A DNA stretch of 64,000 nucleotides from Octopus sinensis (lineage: Eukaryota): the NCBI RefSeq assembly GCF_006345805.1, contig NW_021833068.1, positions 25,618 through 89,617 on the forward strand, read 5' to 3'. A program made the translations under genes and the position numbers. Every line of letters starts with the position of its first letter. Within the stretch, counting starts at the first letter, position 1. Positions 51,846 through 64,000 of this stretch are shown piece by piece. The notes beneath the pieces were generated by a model that was not told where the DNA came from, did no database searches, and saw only the letters and a list, made by a program, of their open reading frames with translations.

Positions 51846-52361
51846 TATATGACAAGATTTAAGACGAGAAAATTTTTTCTTTACCTTGAATCAGAAGTTT
51901 TCAGTTGGATAAGTTTGAGTTTTAAGATTTTCAGCTGAGTAAGTTTGTTCGGAGTTTTAAAATTTGAGATATCAATCTTCAAGTCCTCTCACTGGTATGA
52001 ATAAAATGATCTTAGATTCATAAATTTATATAATTGTAGTAAAAGGAAGTAAGTCGTCTCAGCCAATAAGGCTATTCATTGTGTTTTTCGTGGAATTTTA
52101 TTTATATATACATTTATCTTCTTTTATTACGTTCACTCATTATCATGCTACTCTAACTGATATGAATTTCTGTGACCTTGGATGTTGTTTACAACTTATC
52201 CTCTCAAAGTCTAATTCAATTCATTTAGTACACACATACACACTCACACCTATGTATGGAGATTATATGAAGCCCACTTAAACCTTGACAACTTGTTAAA
52301 ATTTTTATCATTGGTTTTATTGGGCAACACCTATATGGAAACATGATCATACACACACACA

Positions 52362-52416
<55 letters not shown>

Positions 52417-52424
52417 ATTGTAAA

Positions 52425-52625
52425 CATGTGTGGCCTAGTGATTACATTATGGCATTCCCGATCTTGTGTTCATGATTTCGAATCCCAGAGGGTGGTGCTT
52501 AGAAGTCCTCAGATGAATACCTCATTTCACATTGTTCCCGTCAACTGAGTTGTAAATAAATAACCCTGTGATCGACTGGTGCCCTGTTTCAGGAGAATAT
52601 CATGATCTGTGTCGCTTATACACCT
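52425..52625 (+). mobile_element. Degraded tRNA-derived SINE
   Basis: catgtgtggcctagtg head and a gatttcgaatccc B-box-like motif. Confidence 0.5.
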
Positions 52626-53088
52626 TAGTCCTCAGAATAACGTGAAGAATTGCAGTGTGACCAGCAGGGCACAGCAATGGCTGATCATCTGGACACTACA
52701 GTGATTTATATATATATATATATATATATGTTTGTGACTGTATAAAATAGGTACAAGCGTGGCTGTGCAGTTAAGAGATTTCCTACTGCTATAGCAAAGG
52801 TTTCTGCATCAATTTTGTATGTTTTACTGTTAGTGTTAGTACAGTATTCTTTCTCAGTTCTATTTAACCATGATGCATTGAGGTTGAAATCCCTCTTTTC
52901 ATTCCAAATTTTTCACCAGAATGATTGTAGAGCTTCTCGGGAGGGAACTTTCTTAATGGTAATGTTTTCCTTCCTTGTCTCTCTCTATAATGCTTGTGGG
53001 TTGGAAGCAAACTCACGATTGATATTGGCTTGTTCAAAAATTTGCATGTGATAGCAAAGTTTCTCGCTTGTCGTCCTGAGTTCATGTT

Positions 53089-53620
53089 TTAAAGATTTTT
53101 GAGAAGCCTAATTTCTGAAGATTGGTATTTAGGCAGTATGTTCCATATCCACAGAGCCCCAATAACTACAGGTATAAGCCTGAACTTGTAATCTGGATAG
53201 ATTAACTGCAGATTTCTCAATAGTTCAATGTAGGTATTCTCTTTTTCACTCATCTTCAGATTTATGTTAACATCTGTTGGGCAGCTAATTTCCACAACTC
53301 TACACAGTTTCTCTCCTCTATCCCAAATCATTATATCAGGTCTTTTGTGCTTACATTTTACTGAGGTCTTCACTGGGACATTCCACCAGTGGCTATGGTT
53401 TCTACTGTACTGTGGGTTCTTATTTCTCTGTCCGCAGGGTTATCCTTCTGACAGATTTCATTATAGAGTGTCCTTGCTACAACATCATGTCTCATTGGTA
53501 GAGAACCGTGATGACATTTTTGGACAATGACGTGTGATGTGGCTGATATCGTCAGTGTTAATTCCACAAAGTAGGTGTCGGTTGCCATATTTTACTGCTT
53601 CTCCTGCATCTCTACCCCTT
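53089..53620 (-). mobile_element. Fragment of a restriction-like-endonuclease LINE (R2/R4/NeSL-type C-terminus)
   Basis: Frameshifted zinc-knuckle remnant LCG...DISHI..HCPKM followed by RHDVVA, RPDI, VEISCP, EKENTY and IPVVIGAL motifs. Confidence 0.75.
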
Positions 53621-53792
53621 TTGCACATCAGGTTGATATTTCCTGTTCCTGGATTGCAAACACATACCCTTCAAAGTGGGAGGTAGTTACCTGGCTATTG
53701 GTCCATGATAGACTGCTTTGATGATCAATGTTACTATCATCTCTGAGCTTTTTACTAACATACTATGTACATATGTACATATGTGTGAATGT

Positions 53793-56700
53793 ATCATCAT
53801 CATCATCATCATCATTTAGCGTCCGTTTTCCATGCTAGCATGGGTTGGAAGGTTCAACTGGGGTCGGGAGCCCGAAGGCTGCACCAGCCAGTCAGATCTG
53901 GCAGTGTTTCTACAGCTGGATGCCCTTCCTAACGCCAAACACTCCTGAGTGTAGTGGGTGATTTTAGTGTGCCACCGACACAGGTGCCAGACGAGGCTGG
54001 CGAACGGCCACGCTCGGATGGTTTTTTATGTGCCACCGACACAGGTGCCAGACGAGGCTGGCAGACGGCCACGCTCGGATGGTGTTTTTATGTGCCACCG
54101 ACAAGGTGCCAGATGAGGCTGGCGGACGGCCACGATCGGATGGTGTTTGTTACGTCCCCAAAGCACGGAGGCCAGTCTATTGCGGTACTGCTACAGCCAC
54201 GTTCGGGTGATTTTCTTGTGTGCCACCGGCACTGGTACCACAAAGATACAAATTCCATTGATGTTCATCTATTTGATTGTTTGTTTTGATTTGATTTGAT
54301 TTTCACTTGCCTCAACAGGTCTTCACAAGTGTCACAAGAAGGAAGGTATGAACAGGTGGACTGACTACGTCCCAGGTAGGGGCCACGGGTTATGGCCTGC
54401 CTGACTAGTCTTGCCGGGTCTTCGGATGGTGTTTTTATGGGTGCCACCGACACAGGTGCCAGATGAGGCTGGCGAACGGCCACGATCGGATGGTGTTTGT
54501 TGCGTGCCCACAGCACGGAGGCCAGTCGATGCGGTACTGGCTACGGCCACGTTCGGATGGTTTTCTTGTGTGCCACCGGCACTGGTACCACAAAGATACA
54601 AATTCCATTGATGTTCATCTATTTTGATTTGATTTGATTTGATTTTCACTTGCCTCAACAGGTCTTCACAGGTCTTCACAAGTGTCACAAGAAGGAAGGA
54701 AGGTATGCACAGGTGGACTGACTACGTCCCAAGTAGGGGCCACGGGTTATGGCCTGACTAGTCTTGCCGGGTCTTCGGTTGGTGTTTTTATGTGCCACCG
54801 ACACAGGTGCCAGATGAGGCTGGCGGACGGCCACGATCGGATGGTGTTTGTTATGTGCCCACATCACAGAGGCCAGTCGATGCGGTACTGGCTACGGCCA
54901 CGTTCGGAAGGTTTTCTTGTGTGCCACCGGTACTGGTACCACAAAGACACAAATTCCATTGATGTTCATCTATTTTGATTTGGTTTGATTTGATTTGATT
55001 TGATTTTGATTTTCACTTGCCTCAACAGGTCTACACAAGTGTCACACACTTGCCTCAACAGGTCTTCACAAGGGTCATAAGTAGGAAGGTATGCACAGGT
55101 GGACTGACTACGTCGCCGGGTCTTCGGATGGTGTTTTTATGTGCCACCGACACAGGTGCCAGATGAGGCTGGCGAACGGCCACGATCGGATGGTTTTCTT
55201 GTGTGCCACCGACAAAGATACAAATTCCATTGATGTTCATCTATTTTGATTTGGTTTGATTTTGATTTTCACTTGCCTCAACAGGTCTTCACAAGTGTCA
55301 CACGTGTCACACACTTGCCTCAACAGGTCTCCACAAGTGTCACACACTTGCCTCTGCCTCAACAGGTCTTCACAAAGTGTCACACACGTGCCTCTGCCTC
55401 AACAGGTCTTCACAAGTGTCACACACTTGCCTCAACAGGTCTTCACAAGTGTCATAAGAGGGAAGGTATGCACAGGTGGACTGACTACGTCGCCGGGTCT
55501 TCGGATGGTGTTTTTATGTGCCACCGACACAGGTGCCAGATGAGGCTGGCGAACGGCCACGATCAGATGGTGTTTGTTGTGCCCACAGCACGGAGGCCAG
55601 TCGATGCGGTACTGGCTACGGCCACGTTCGGATGGTTTTCTTGTGTGCCACCGGTACTGGGACCACAAAGATACAAATTCCATTGATGTTCATCTATTTT
55701 GATTTGTTTTGATTTGATTTTCACTTGCCTCAACAGGTCTCCACAAGTGTCACACACTTGCCTCTGCCTCAACAGGTCTTCACAAGTGTCACACACTTGC
55801 CTCAACAGGTCTTCACAAGTGTCATAAGAGGGAAGGTATGCACAGGTGGACTGACTACGTCGCCGGGTCTTCGGATGGTGTCTTTATGTGCCACCGACAC
55901 AGGTGCCAGATGAGGCTGGCGAACGGCCACGATCGGATGGTGTTTGTTGTGCCCACAGCACGGAGCCAGTCGATGCGGTACTGGCTACGGCCACGTTTGG
56001 GTGGTTTTCTTGTGTGCCACCGGCACTGGTACCGCAAAGAATACAATTCCACTGATGTTCATCTATTTTGATTTGTTTTGATTTGATTTTCACTTGCCTC
56101 AACAGGTCTTCATAAGTGTCACAAGAAGGAAGGTATGCACAGGAGGACTGACTACGTCCCAGGTAGGGGCCACGGGTTATGGCCTGACTAGTCTTGCCGG
56201 GTCTTCTCACGCACAGCATACTTCCATAGGTCTCGGTCTCTAGACATTTCCTTAGTGAGACCTAAGGTTCGAAGGTCGTGCTTCACCACCTCGTCCCAGG
56301 TTTTCCTGTTCACCTCTCTTTCCAGAGCCAGTTCCTCTTCCACAGTTCCCTCAACTGCTAGGGTGTAGCACTTTTGCACACAACTATCTTCAGCCTTTCT
56401 CGTCACATGACCATACCAGCGCAGCCGTCTCTCTTGCACACCACAACTGACGCTTCTTAGGTTCAACTTTTCTCTCAAGGAACTTACACTCTGACGATTA
56501 TGAACACTGACATTACACATCCATCGGAGAATACTGGCTTCATTTCTTGCGAGCTTACGCATACCCTCAGCAGTCACGGCCCATGTTTCACTACCATGTA
56601 GCATGGCTGTACGTACACATGCATCATACAGTCTGCCTTTTACTCTGAGCGAGAGGCCTTTTGTCACCAGCAGGGGTAAGAGCTCTCTAACTTTGCCCAG

Positions 56701-58168
56701 GCTATTCTTACTCTAACAGTTACACTTTCAGCACACCCACCCCCCCTACTGACTTGGTCTCCTAGGTAGCGGAAGCTATCAACTACTTCTAGTTTGTCTC
56801 CCTGGAACGTGGCAGAAGTTGGTCTCTGCACATTTCCAGTGTTTATTGCTCCTGAGCATTTGCCACAGACAAAAACTATTTTCCTAGTTAGCCTTCCTTT
56901 GACATTGCTGCACCTCTTATGTGTCCATAGCTTACACTTGGTGCATCTTATAGAGTTTCTACCTACACCTTTTTTACAGATCGAGCAGGGCCATCTACCT
57001 GAAGGCGTTTGTGATTGATCTACCTTCCTACTTATTAGGACTTTGGTTTTGGCTAGGTTGATTCTAAGGCCCTTCGATTCTAATCCTTGTTTCCACACCT
57101 GAAACTTCTCCTCCAGTTCTGATAGTGACTCAGCAATTAGAGCAAGGTCATCAGCATAGAGGAGCTCCCGGGGGCAACCTGTCTTGAATTCCTCCGTTAT
57201 TGCCTGGAGGACTATGATAAATAGGAGGGGACTGAGGACTGAACCTTGGTGGACCCCAACCTCTACCCGGAATTCTTCACTGTACTCGTTGCCAACCCTC
57301 ACCTTACTAGCAGCGTCTCTGTACATAGCTTGCACAGCTCTCACCAACCATTCTCCTATCCCTAGTTTCCTCATTGACCACCAGATAAGGGATCGGGGGA
57401 CCCTGTCAAAGGCTTTCTCCAAGTCAACAAAAGCCAGGTACAAGGGCTTATCTTTGGCTAGGTATTTCTCCTGCAGCTGTCTTACCAGGAATATAGCATC
57501 AGTAGTACTTTTCCCTGGCACGAACCCAAACTGCATATCATCTAAGCTAACTCTCTCTCTAATTAGTTGGGCTATAACCCTCTCCGTAACCTTCATTACC
57601 TGATCCAGCAGATTGATGCCCCTGTAGTTATTTGTCTCTAGGGCGTCGCCTTTACCTTTGTAGCAGTTGACTATTATGCTGCTACACCAGTCATTGGGTA
57701 TGACCCCCTCGTGTATCACCTGGTTAACTATACGGGTGACTAAGCTATCGCCGACACCACCAGATATTTTGAGCATCTCTGCAGTAATTCCTGATGGGCC
57801 TGGGGCTTTCCCTGTTTTCATGCTTCTAATTGCCTTATCTACTAAGGAACTGATAACTCGGATTGCTGGTCCCTGTTGGGTCGACATTCGGCAGACTCTC
57901 TTTATCCCATTCATTTTCTTCATTCAGCACCTATCATCATAGTGGCGTCTCCAAGCCTCTCTCTTTGCATCCTCATTAAGCGCAAGTGAACCGTCATCCT
58001 TGCGAACACATTTCTCTCCTACCACGTCACGATTCTCTCTCACACACTGTCTTGCAACACGAAATACCTCAAGTCTTTCATCCTCACGACGCAGGACATT
58101 GGCAAATTTTTCCTTATCTGCCTCCCCTCTGGCTAGATAGACCTGTCTCCTGGCTTCCCTTCTGGCAG
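53793..58168 (-). mobile_element. 5'-truncated RTE-clade LINE with RT ORF, tandemly amplified 3' UTR and (GAT)n tail
   Basis: ORFs 56664-57923 (QFGFVPGKST, FVDLEKAFDRVPR, GVHQGSVLSP, YADDL) and 56188-56667. catcat tail at 53793-53815. The 5' end abuts (TA)n. Confidence 0.93.
53950..56210 (-). repeat. About six tandem ~270-450-bp units made of the RTE stop-codon region plus 3' UTR, with internal ~30-bp sub-repeats
   Basis: The ttcca(t/c)tgatgttcatctat marker recurs six times (~54250, 54600, 54950, 55225, 55680, 56045), as does gactgactacgtc. Confidence 0.9.
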
Positions 58169-58620
<452 letters not shown>

Positions 58621-59789
58621 ATATCGGGTCACCCCATAAATAATGGAGTTTTTTATGCTTCTTTTATTTTCCAAAATTACGATAAGCAAAGTTGTATTTT
58701 AATCTAAAATATACCCTCCTTCATTTTCTACAATGCTCTTCCATCTATCTAATCTAAGGGGAATATCACTGTAAGACTACAAAAATGTCCCCAAAATATC
58801 ACACTGCCTTGGCTTTGTTGTCTCACTTTATTCAACATATACATACTCACACACGACCCGCGTTGGACCCCCTCGCTCATACTAGTATTGAACCGGGAAT
58901 CTAACAGTGGTCCTCCTGTAGCACCTACATAGCCTTACCTGCCATTTAGGTCTTCTGGATACCAAGACCTCTCAAATTGTGTGTGTGTGTGTGTGTATGA
59001 AAGTATGCATGTATATAGAGATAAATTACACTGGTGGATTTGTGGAACAGGTAAATTGCTGCTCAAGGTGACTCTTTCGATGTAGATGGGTAAGTTATTT
59101 TTTATTAAAAATAACTAATTGGTGAACCTTTTAACTCCACCTCGTGGATACGATCTGGATGACCATATATTATTTTGTCCATGGCCACAATGGTGCCTCC
59201 AAGTAATCCATTTGGTACTTGTGAGACAGCTGGAAGCATCTGAGCAGATATGCAAGGCGTTTCCACCCTCTCTTCTAATGGCCCTTGCATTCATTTAAAA
59301 GACTTTTCCTTGCTTTAAGATGTGGAACATTTTTAAGAAGGCTTCCAGATGTCTGAAGAACACTGACTACCCCACCTACTCTGAATTATAAAGGAACGAA
59401 TGGCTTACACCACTGGTCATGTCCAGCACTACCAACGTATCTACTATGTCCTGGTTGATGGTATGAGATCCAGTCCTCTCTGAATAAACATAATTACTCC
59501 ACGACCCATTACCAGAAGTCTTGGAGATGTATAAACCTGTAGCCACTCAAGATGGTCACGAATGCTGGTCTCCCTGATAGCCACAACCTCCAGTACTCTG
59601 GAGTAGGTGTTCCAACTTCCAAGGTAGCCATGTGCCTTCACACTGTCTATTCTGAATATGATCATAATTGATAAGAGAGGATGAGGGTGAAAAGAAAAAC
59701 CCTGTTTCTGTGGAGAAACAAGTATTCTGTCCCTCTGGTGATTTGTGGTTGTATCTACAATTATTTCTTTATAGAAACTTTTATTACAC

Positions 59790-60400
59790 CCGCTCAGGTA
59801 GGTGGCCCCGCTCGATTTGTAGAAAAGGTGTAGGTAGAAACTCCATAAGATGTACCCAGTGTAAACTATGGACACATAAGAGGTGCAGCAACATCAAAGG
59901 AAGGTTAACCAGGAAGATAGCTTTCGTGTGAGGCAGATGCACGGGGGGCAATAGATAGCACAGATACTCAGAAAACAGATTCCATCACACTCCAGGGGGA
60001 GAAACTAGAAGTAGTTGATAGCTTCCACTACCTAGGTGAGCAAGTTAGTAGTGGGGGTGGATGCTCAGAGAGCGTCACCACTAGAAAAAGAATAGCCTGG
60101 GCAAAGTTTAGAAAGCTCCTACCCCTACTGGCGACAAAGGGTCTCTCGCTCAGAGTGAAAGGTAGATTGTACGATGCATGTGTGCGAATTGCCATGCTTC
60201 ACAGCAGTGAAACATGGGCTGTGATTGTGGAGGACGTGTAGGCTTGAAAGAAATGAAGCTAGCATGATCCGCTGGATGTGTAATGTCAGTGTGCATGCAC
60301 GACAGAGTGTAAGCGTCCTGAGAGAAATGTTGGAGATAAGAAGCATTGGATGTGGCGTACAGGAGAGACATTTGTATTGGTGGTCATGTACTATGGATGG
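59790..60400 (+). mobile_element. RTE-clade LINE fragment (C-terminal region)
   Basis: GRWPRSICRKGVGRNSIRCTQCKLWTHKRCS...LEVVDSFHYLG...KGLSLRVKGRLYDAC, close to 56188-57010. Confidence 0.85.
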
Positions 60401-60859
60401 ATAAGGAAAGGAGCGTTGCTAGAAACCCAACAAAATTAAAAACAAGACCTGTTGAAAGGTTGGATGAAAGGCTGTCTGGCAATAGCAGCTGAAAAGGTTG
60501 GAATTAATTCCAGTTGGTTTTAAGTTAATCATTCAACTTAAATATTACTTTACACACTCTGCTATCATATTTTGTTATACATGTATGCGTGTATGTATAT
60601 ATATGTAATTATGTATGCATGTCTGTGTTATACCTGTATGTATGTACATATGTATTTATCGAAGTGTATTTGTAAATATATATATATACATAAAAAGTCA
60701 GAGAGAGAGAGAGAGAAGGAGGAAGCGGGAGAGACCGTTGATGCACAGGTTTTGGGTTTGGGGTACTGACTTTCCTTGTTCTATGACCAAATCCGAACAT
60801 TTCTTTTGGCCAAATTCCATGCCTATCTCAGCTGAAAAGGTTATTAATTCCAGTTGTTT

Positions 60860-61045
60860 TTAAGCATTGTTCACACTTTTAGCATAAATCTTCAGGTCGT
60901 CTACAAAGAAATTATGAGTTACATTGATATGGTAGGTGAGTACATATGTTTGTGTGTATAAAATACAGCGTACATCTAAACACAATAAGAGGTGTCCATC
61001 ATTGGACTGCCTCACGCTAGAAGGAACAGCTAAAGTCCAAACCAC
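60860..61045 (-). mobile_element. Small RT fragment (R4/NeSL-like)
   Basis: THNFFVDDLKIYAKS catalytic motif. Confidence 0.55.
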
Positions 61046-61309
61046 TAATTGGCGATAAAGTCTCGAAGGGAATGGAAAAGAAAAACATTTACCATCTATT
61101 TCCTGGATCGGTATTATTAATTATGTTTCTATGTATGTATTTATGTATTTATGTATGTGTATTTGTATATTATATATATATATATATGTATGTATGTATA
61201 TATATATATAACATGTATATATATATATATTTGTATATATATATATATATATATACATGTATATATATATATATTTGTATATATATATATATATATTATG
61301 TATGTATGT

Positions 61310-61358
<49 letters not shown>

Positions 61359-61371
61359 ATATATATATTTT

Positions 61372-61629
61372 CGTGACTAACCAGACCATCAGATGTTGTT
61401 ACACATCGCTGGTCACAATGAGTTCGCATTGTTTTAGCCTTCGAATGACGCCACCCCGCTGGCTAAGCAAGCAGGCCAACAGAAGAAAGAGTGGTGAAAG
61501 AGTACAGCAGGGATCACCACCCCCTTCCGGAGACTCGTGGAACTTTTAGGTGTTTTTGCTGAATAAACACTCACAACACCCGGTATCGAAACCGCGAGTC
61601 CGCTGCCCTAAACACTGGGCCATTGCGCC
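61372..61629 (-). mobile_element. tRNA-derived SINE between (TA)n tracts
   Basis: The minus-strand head ggcgcaatggcccagtgtt...ggtttcgataccggg has A/B-box-like motifs. Confidence 0.65.
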
Positions 61630-61724
61630 TACACACACATATATATATATATGAATATATATATATGTATATATATACACATATATATATATATATATAT
61701 TATATATACATATATAATTATATA

Positions 61725-61769
<45 letters not shown>

Positions 61770-61801
61770 ATAATATATATTATATATATATATATAATAT
61801 A

Positions 61802-64000
61802 TTTCAACAATTGAGGGCAAAATTAATTAATTATTAATCAATCACCAAGTGTTCAGTATGCAAAGGGACCATTCAAGGCGAATTCAAATTATTCATTATA
61901 TAAAAGGGCTAGTAAATAAATTACTTTGCCGCACTGAACTCATTAGAAATAGCAGCTAAAAAACTTTTTTAAAGCTATTTCTAATACTTAAAAAGAAAAT
62001 CTCTCTCATATATAGTGTTTGATTAATTCAACTCACAAAAGTTTGGGGGTAAGGACATCGAAAAATCAAATGCTAAGGTTATTCGAGAACGTACGTTTCA
62101 AGATTAGTCAAAACAACATTTCTATCATCGGCTCAGAAATTCCTTGTTTGGATTTGGAACACTGAAAATAAGAACATACCCTTTCGAAGATCTGCTTCCA
62201 ACTAACAGTGCCAAACCAATTCAAATAAGCAAGCGAAGAATCTCTGTTCTCCTCTTTTCCACCAGCGTGGGTTAAAATCATCACACACTATGCTTATTTC
62301 GGTAAAATCCGAAGCATTAATCAGAGGGAGATTAATTATAATTCAACAATTGAGGGCAAAATTATTAATTATTAATCAATTTCACCAAGTGTTCAGTATG
62401 CAAAGGGACCATTCAAGGCGAATTCAAATTATTACATTATATAAAAGGGCTTAGTAAGATAAATTACTTTGCCGCATACTGAACATTAGAAATAGCAGCT
62501 AAAAAACTTTTTTAAAGCTATTTCTAATACTTAAAGAAAATCTCTCTCATATATAGTGTTTGATTAATTCAACTCACAAAAGTTTGGGGGTAAGGACATC
62601 GAAAAATCAAATGCTAAGGTTATTCGAGAACGTACGTTTCAAGATTAGTCAAAACAACATTTCTATCATCGGCTCAGAAATTCCTTGGTTTGGATTTGGG
62701 AACACTGAAAATAAGAACATACCCTTTCGAAGATCTGCTTCCAACTAACAGTGCCAAACAAATTCAAATAAGCAAGCGAAGAATCTCTGTTCTCCCCCCT
62801 TTCCCCACCACGTGGGTTAAAATCATCACACACTATGCTTATTTCGGTAAAATCCGAAGCATTAATCAGAGGGAGATTAATTATAATTTCAACAATTGAG
62901 GGCAAAATTAATTAATTATTAATCAATTTCACCAAGTGTTCAGTATGCAAAGGGACCATTCAAGGCGAATTCAAATTATTACATTATATAAAAGGGCTTA
63001 GTAAGATAAATTACTTTGCCGCATACTGAACTCATTAGAAATAGCAGCTAAAAAACTTTTTTAAAGCTATTTCTAATACTTAAAGAAAATCTCTCTCATA
63101 TATAGTGTTTGATTAATTCAACTCACAAAAGTTTGGGGGTAAGGACATCGAAAAATCAAATGCTAAGGTTATTCGAGAACGTACGTTTCAAGATTAGTCA
63201 AAACAACATTTCTATCATCGGCTCAGAAATTCCTTGGTTTGGATTTGGGAACACTGAAAATAAGAACATACCCTTTCGAAGATCTGCTTCCACTACAGTG
63301 CCAACAATTCCATAAGCAAGCGAAGAATCTCTGTTCCTCCCCTTTCCACCAGCGTGGGTTAAAATCATCACACACTATGCTTATTTCGGTAAAATCCGAA
63401 GCATTAATCAGAGGGAGATTAATTATAATTTCAACAATTGAGGGCAAAATTAATTAATTATTAATCAATTTCACCAAGTGTTCAGTATGCAAAGGGACCA
63501 TTCAAGGCGAATTCAAATTATTACATTATATAAAGGGGCTTAGTAAGATAAATTACTTTGCCGCATACTGAACTCATTAGAAATCAGCTAAAAAACTTTT
63601 TTAAAGCTATTTCTAATACTTAAGAAATCTCTCTCTATATAGTGTTTGATTAATTCAACTCACAAAAGTTTGGGGGTAAGGACATCGAAAAATCAAATGC
63701 TAAGTTATTCGAGAACGTACGTTTCAAGATTAGTCAAAACAACATTTCTATCATCGGCTCAGAAATTCCTTGGTTTGGATTTGGGACACTGAAAATAAGA
63801 ACATACCCTTTCGAAGATCTGCTTCCAACTAACAGTGCCAACAAATTCAAATAAGCAAGCGAAAAGAATCTCTGTTCTCCCCTTTCCACCAGCGTGGGTT
63901 AACATCATCACACACTATGCTTATTTCGGTAAAATCCGAAGCATTAATCAGAGGGAGATTAATTATAATTTCAACAATTGAGGCAAAATTAATTAATTAT
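61802..64000. repeat. AT-rich tandem satellite, ~542-bp unit, four full units and continuing past the window
   Basis: ttcaacaattgagg(g)caaaatt recurs at ~61802, 62341, 62887, 63429 and 63969. Confidence 0.95.

Noticed and set aside
53950-56210. CRISPR-like repeat/spacer appearance
   Set aside because: There are no unique spacers, the units are LINE 3' UTR copies, the context is eukaryotic and no cas genes are present.
59050-59700. Possible LINE endonuclease remnant on the minus strand
   Set aside because: Only faint resemblance (GSWN..., GRGV..FI). It is too degraded to call.

Overview
Eukaryotic, AT-rich DNA dense in microsatellites, SINEs and LINEs. The repeat families look cephalopod/Octopus-like, which is my inference and was not searched. 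One spliced minus-strand gene spans about 0.85-47.7 kb. It encodes an ankyrin-repeat protein with a C-terminal C3HC4 RING, resembling the C-terminal half of a Mind bomb E3 ligase, with no MIB_HERC2/ZZ/SH3-like exons seen. Its middle 32 kb (about 8355-40745) is a tandem array of six two-exon cassettes: exon B (157 nt) and exon A (257 + n x 102 nt). These form three long/short pairs on an approximately 11.5-kb higher-order repeat that carries a co-duplicated CR1-clade LINE. The cassettes are splice-phase symmetric and together add about 36 ankyrin repeats. They differ almost only by amino-acid-changing substitutions at ankyrin target-contact positions, while an adjacent intron flank is identical. 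This suggests a diversifying, possibly combinatorially spliced ankyrin-RING recognition module. The rest of the window contains an RTE LINE with a tandemly amplified 3' UTR, other LINE fragments, SINEs, several long palindromes, a minisatellite and a ~542-bp satellite. Unit 2 and exon A5 carry frameshifting indels that look like long-read assembly errors but are unverified. All coordinates and splice sites were read by hand.
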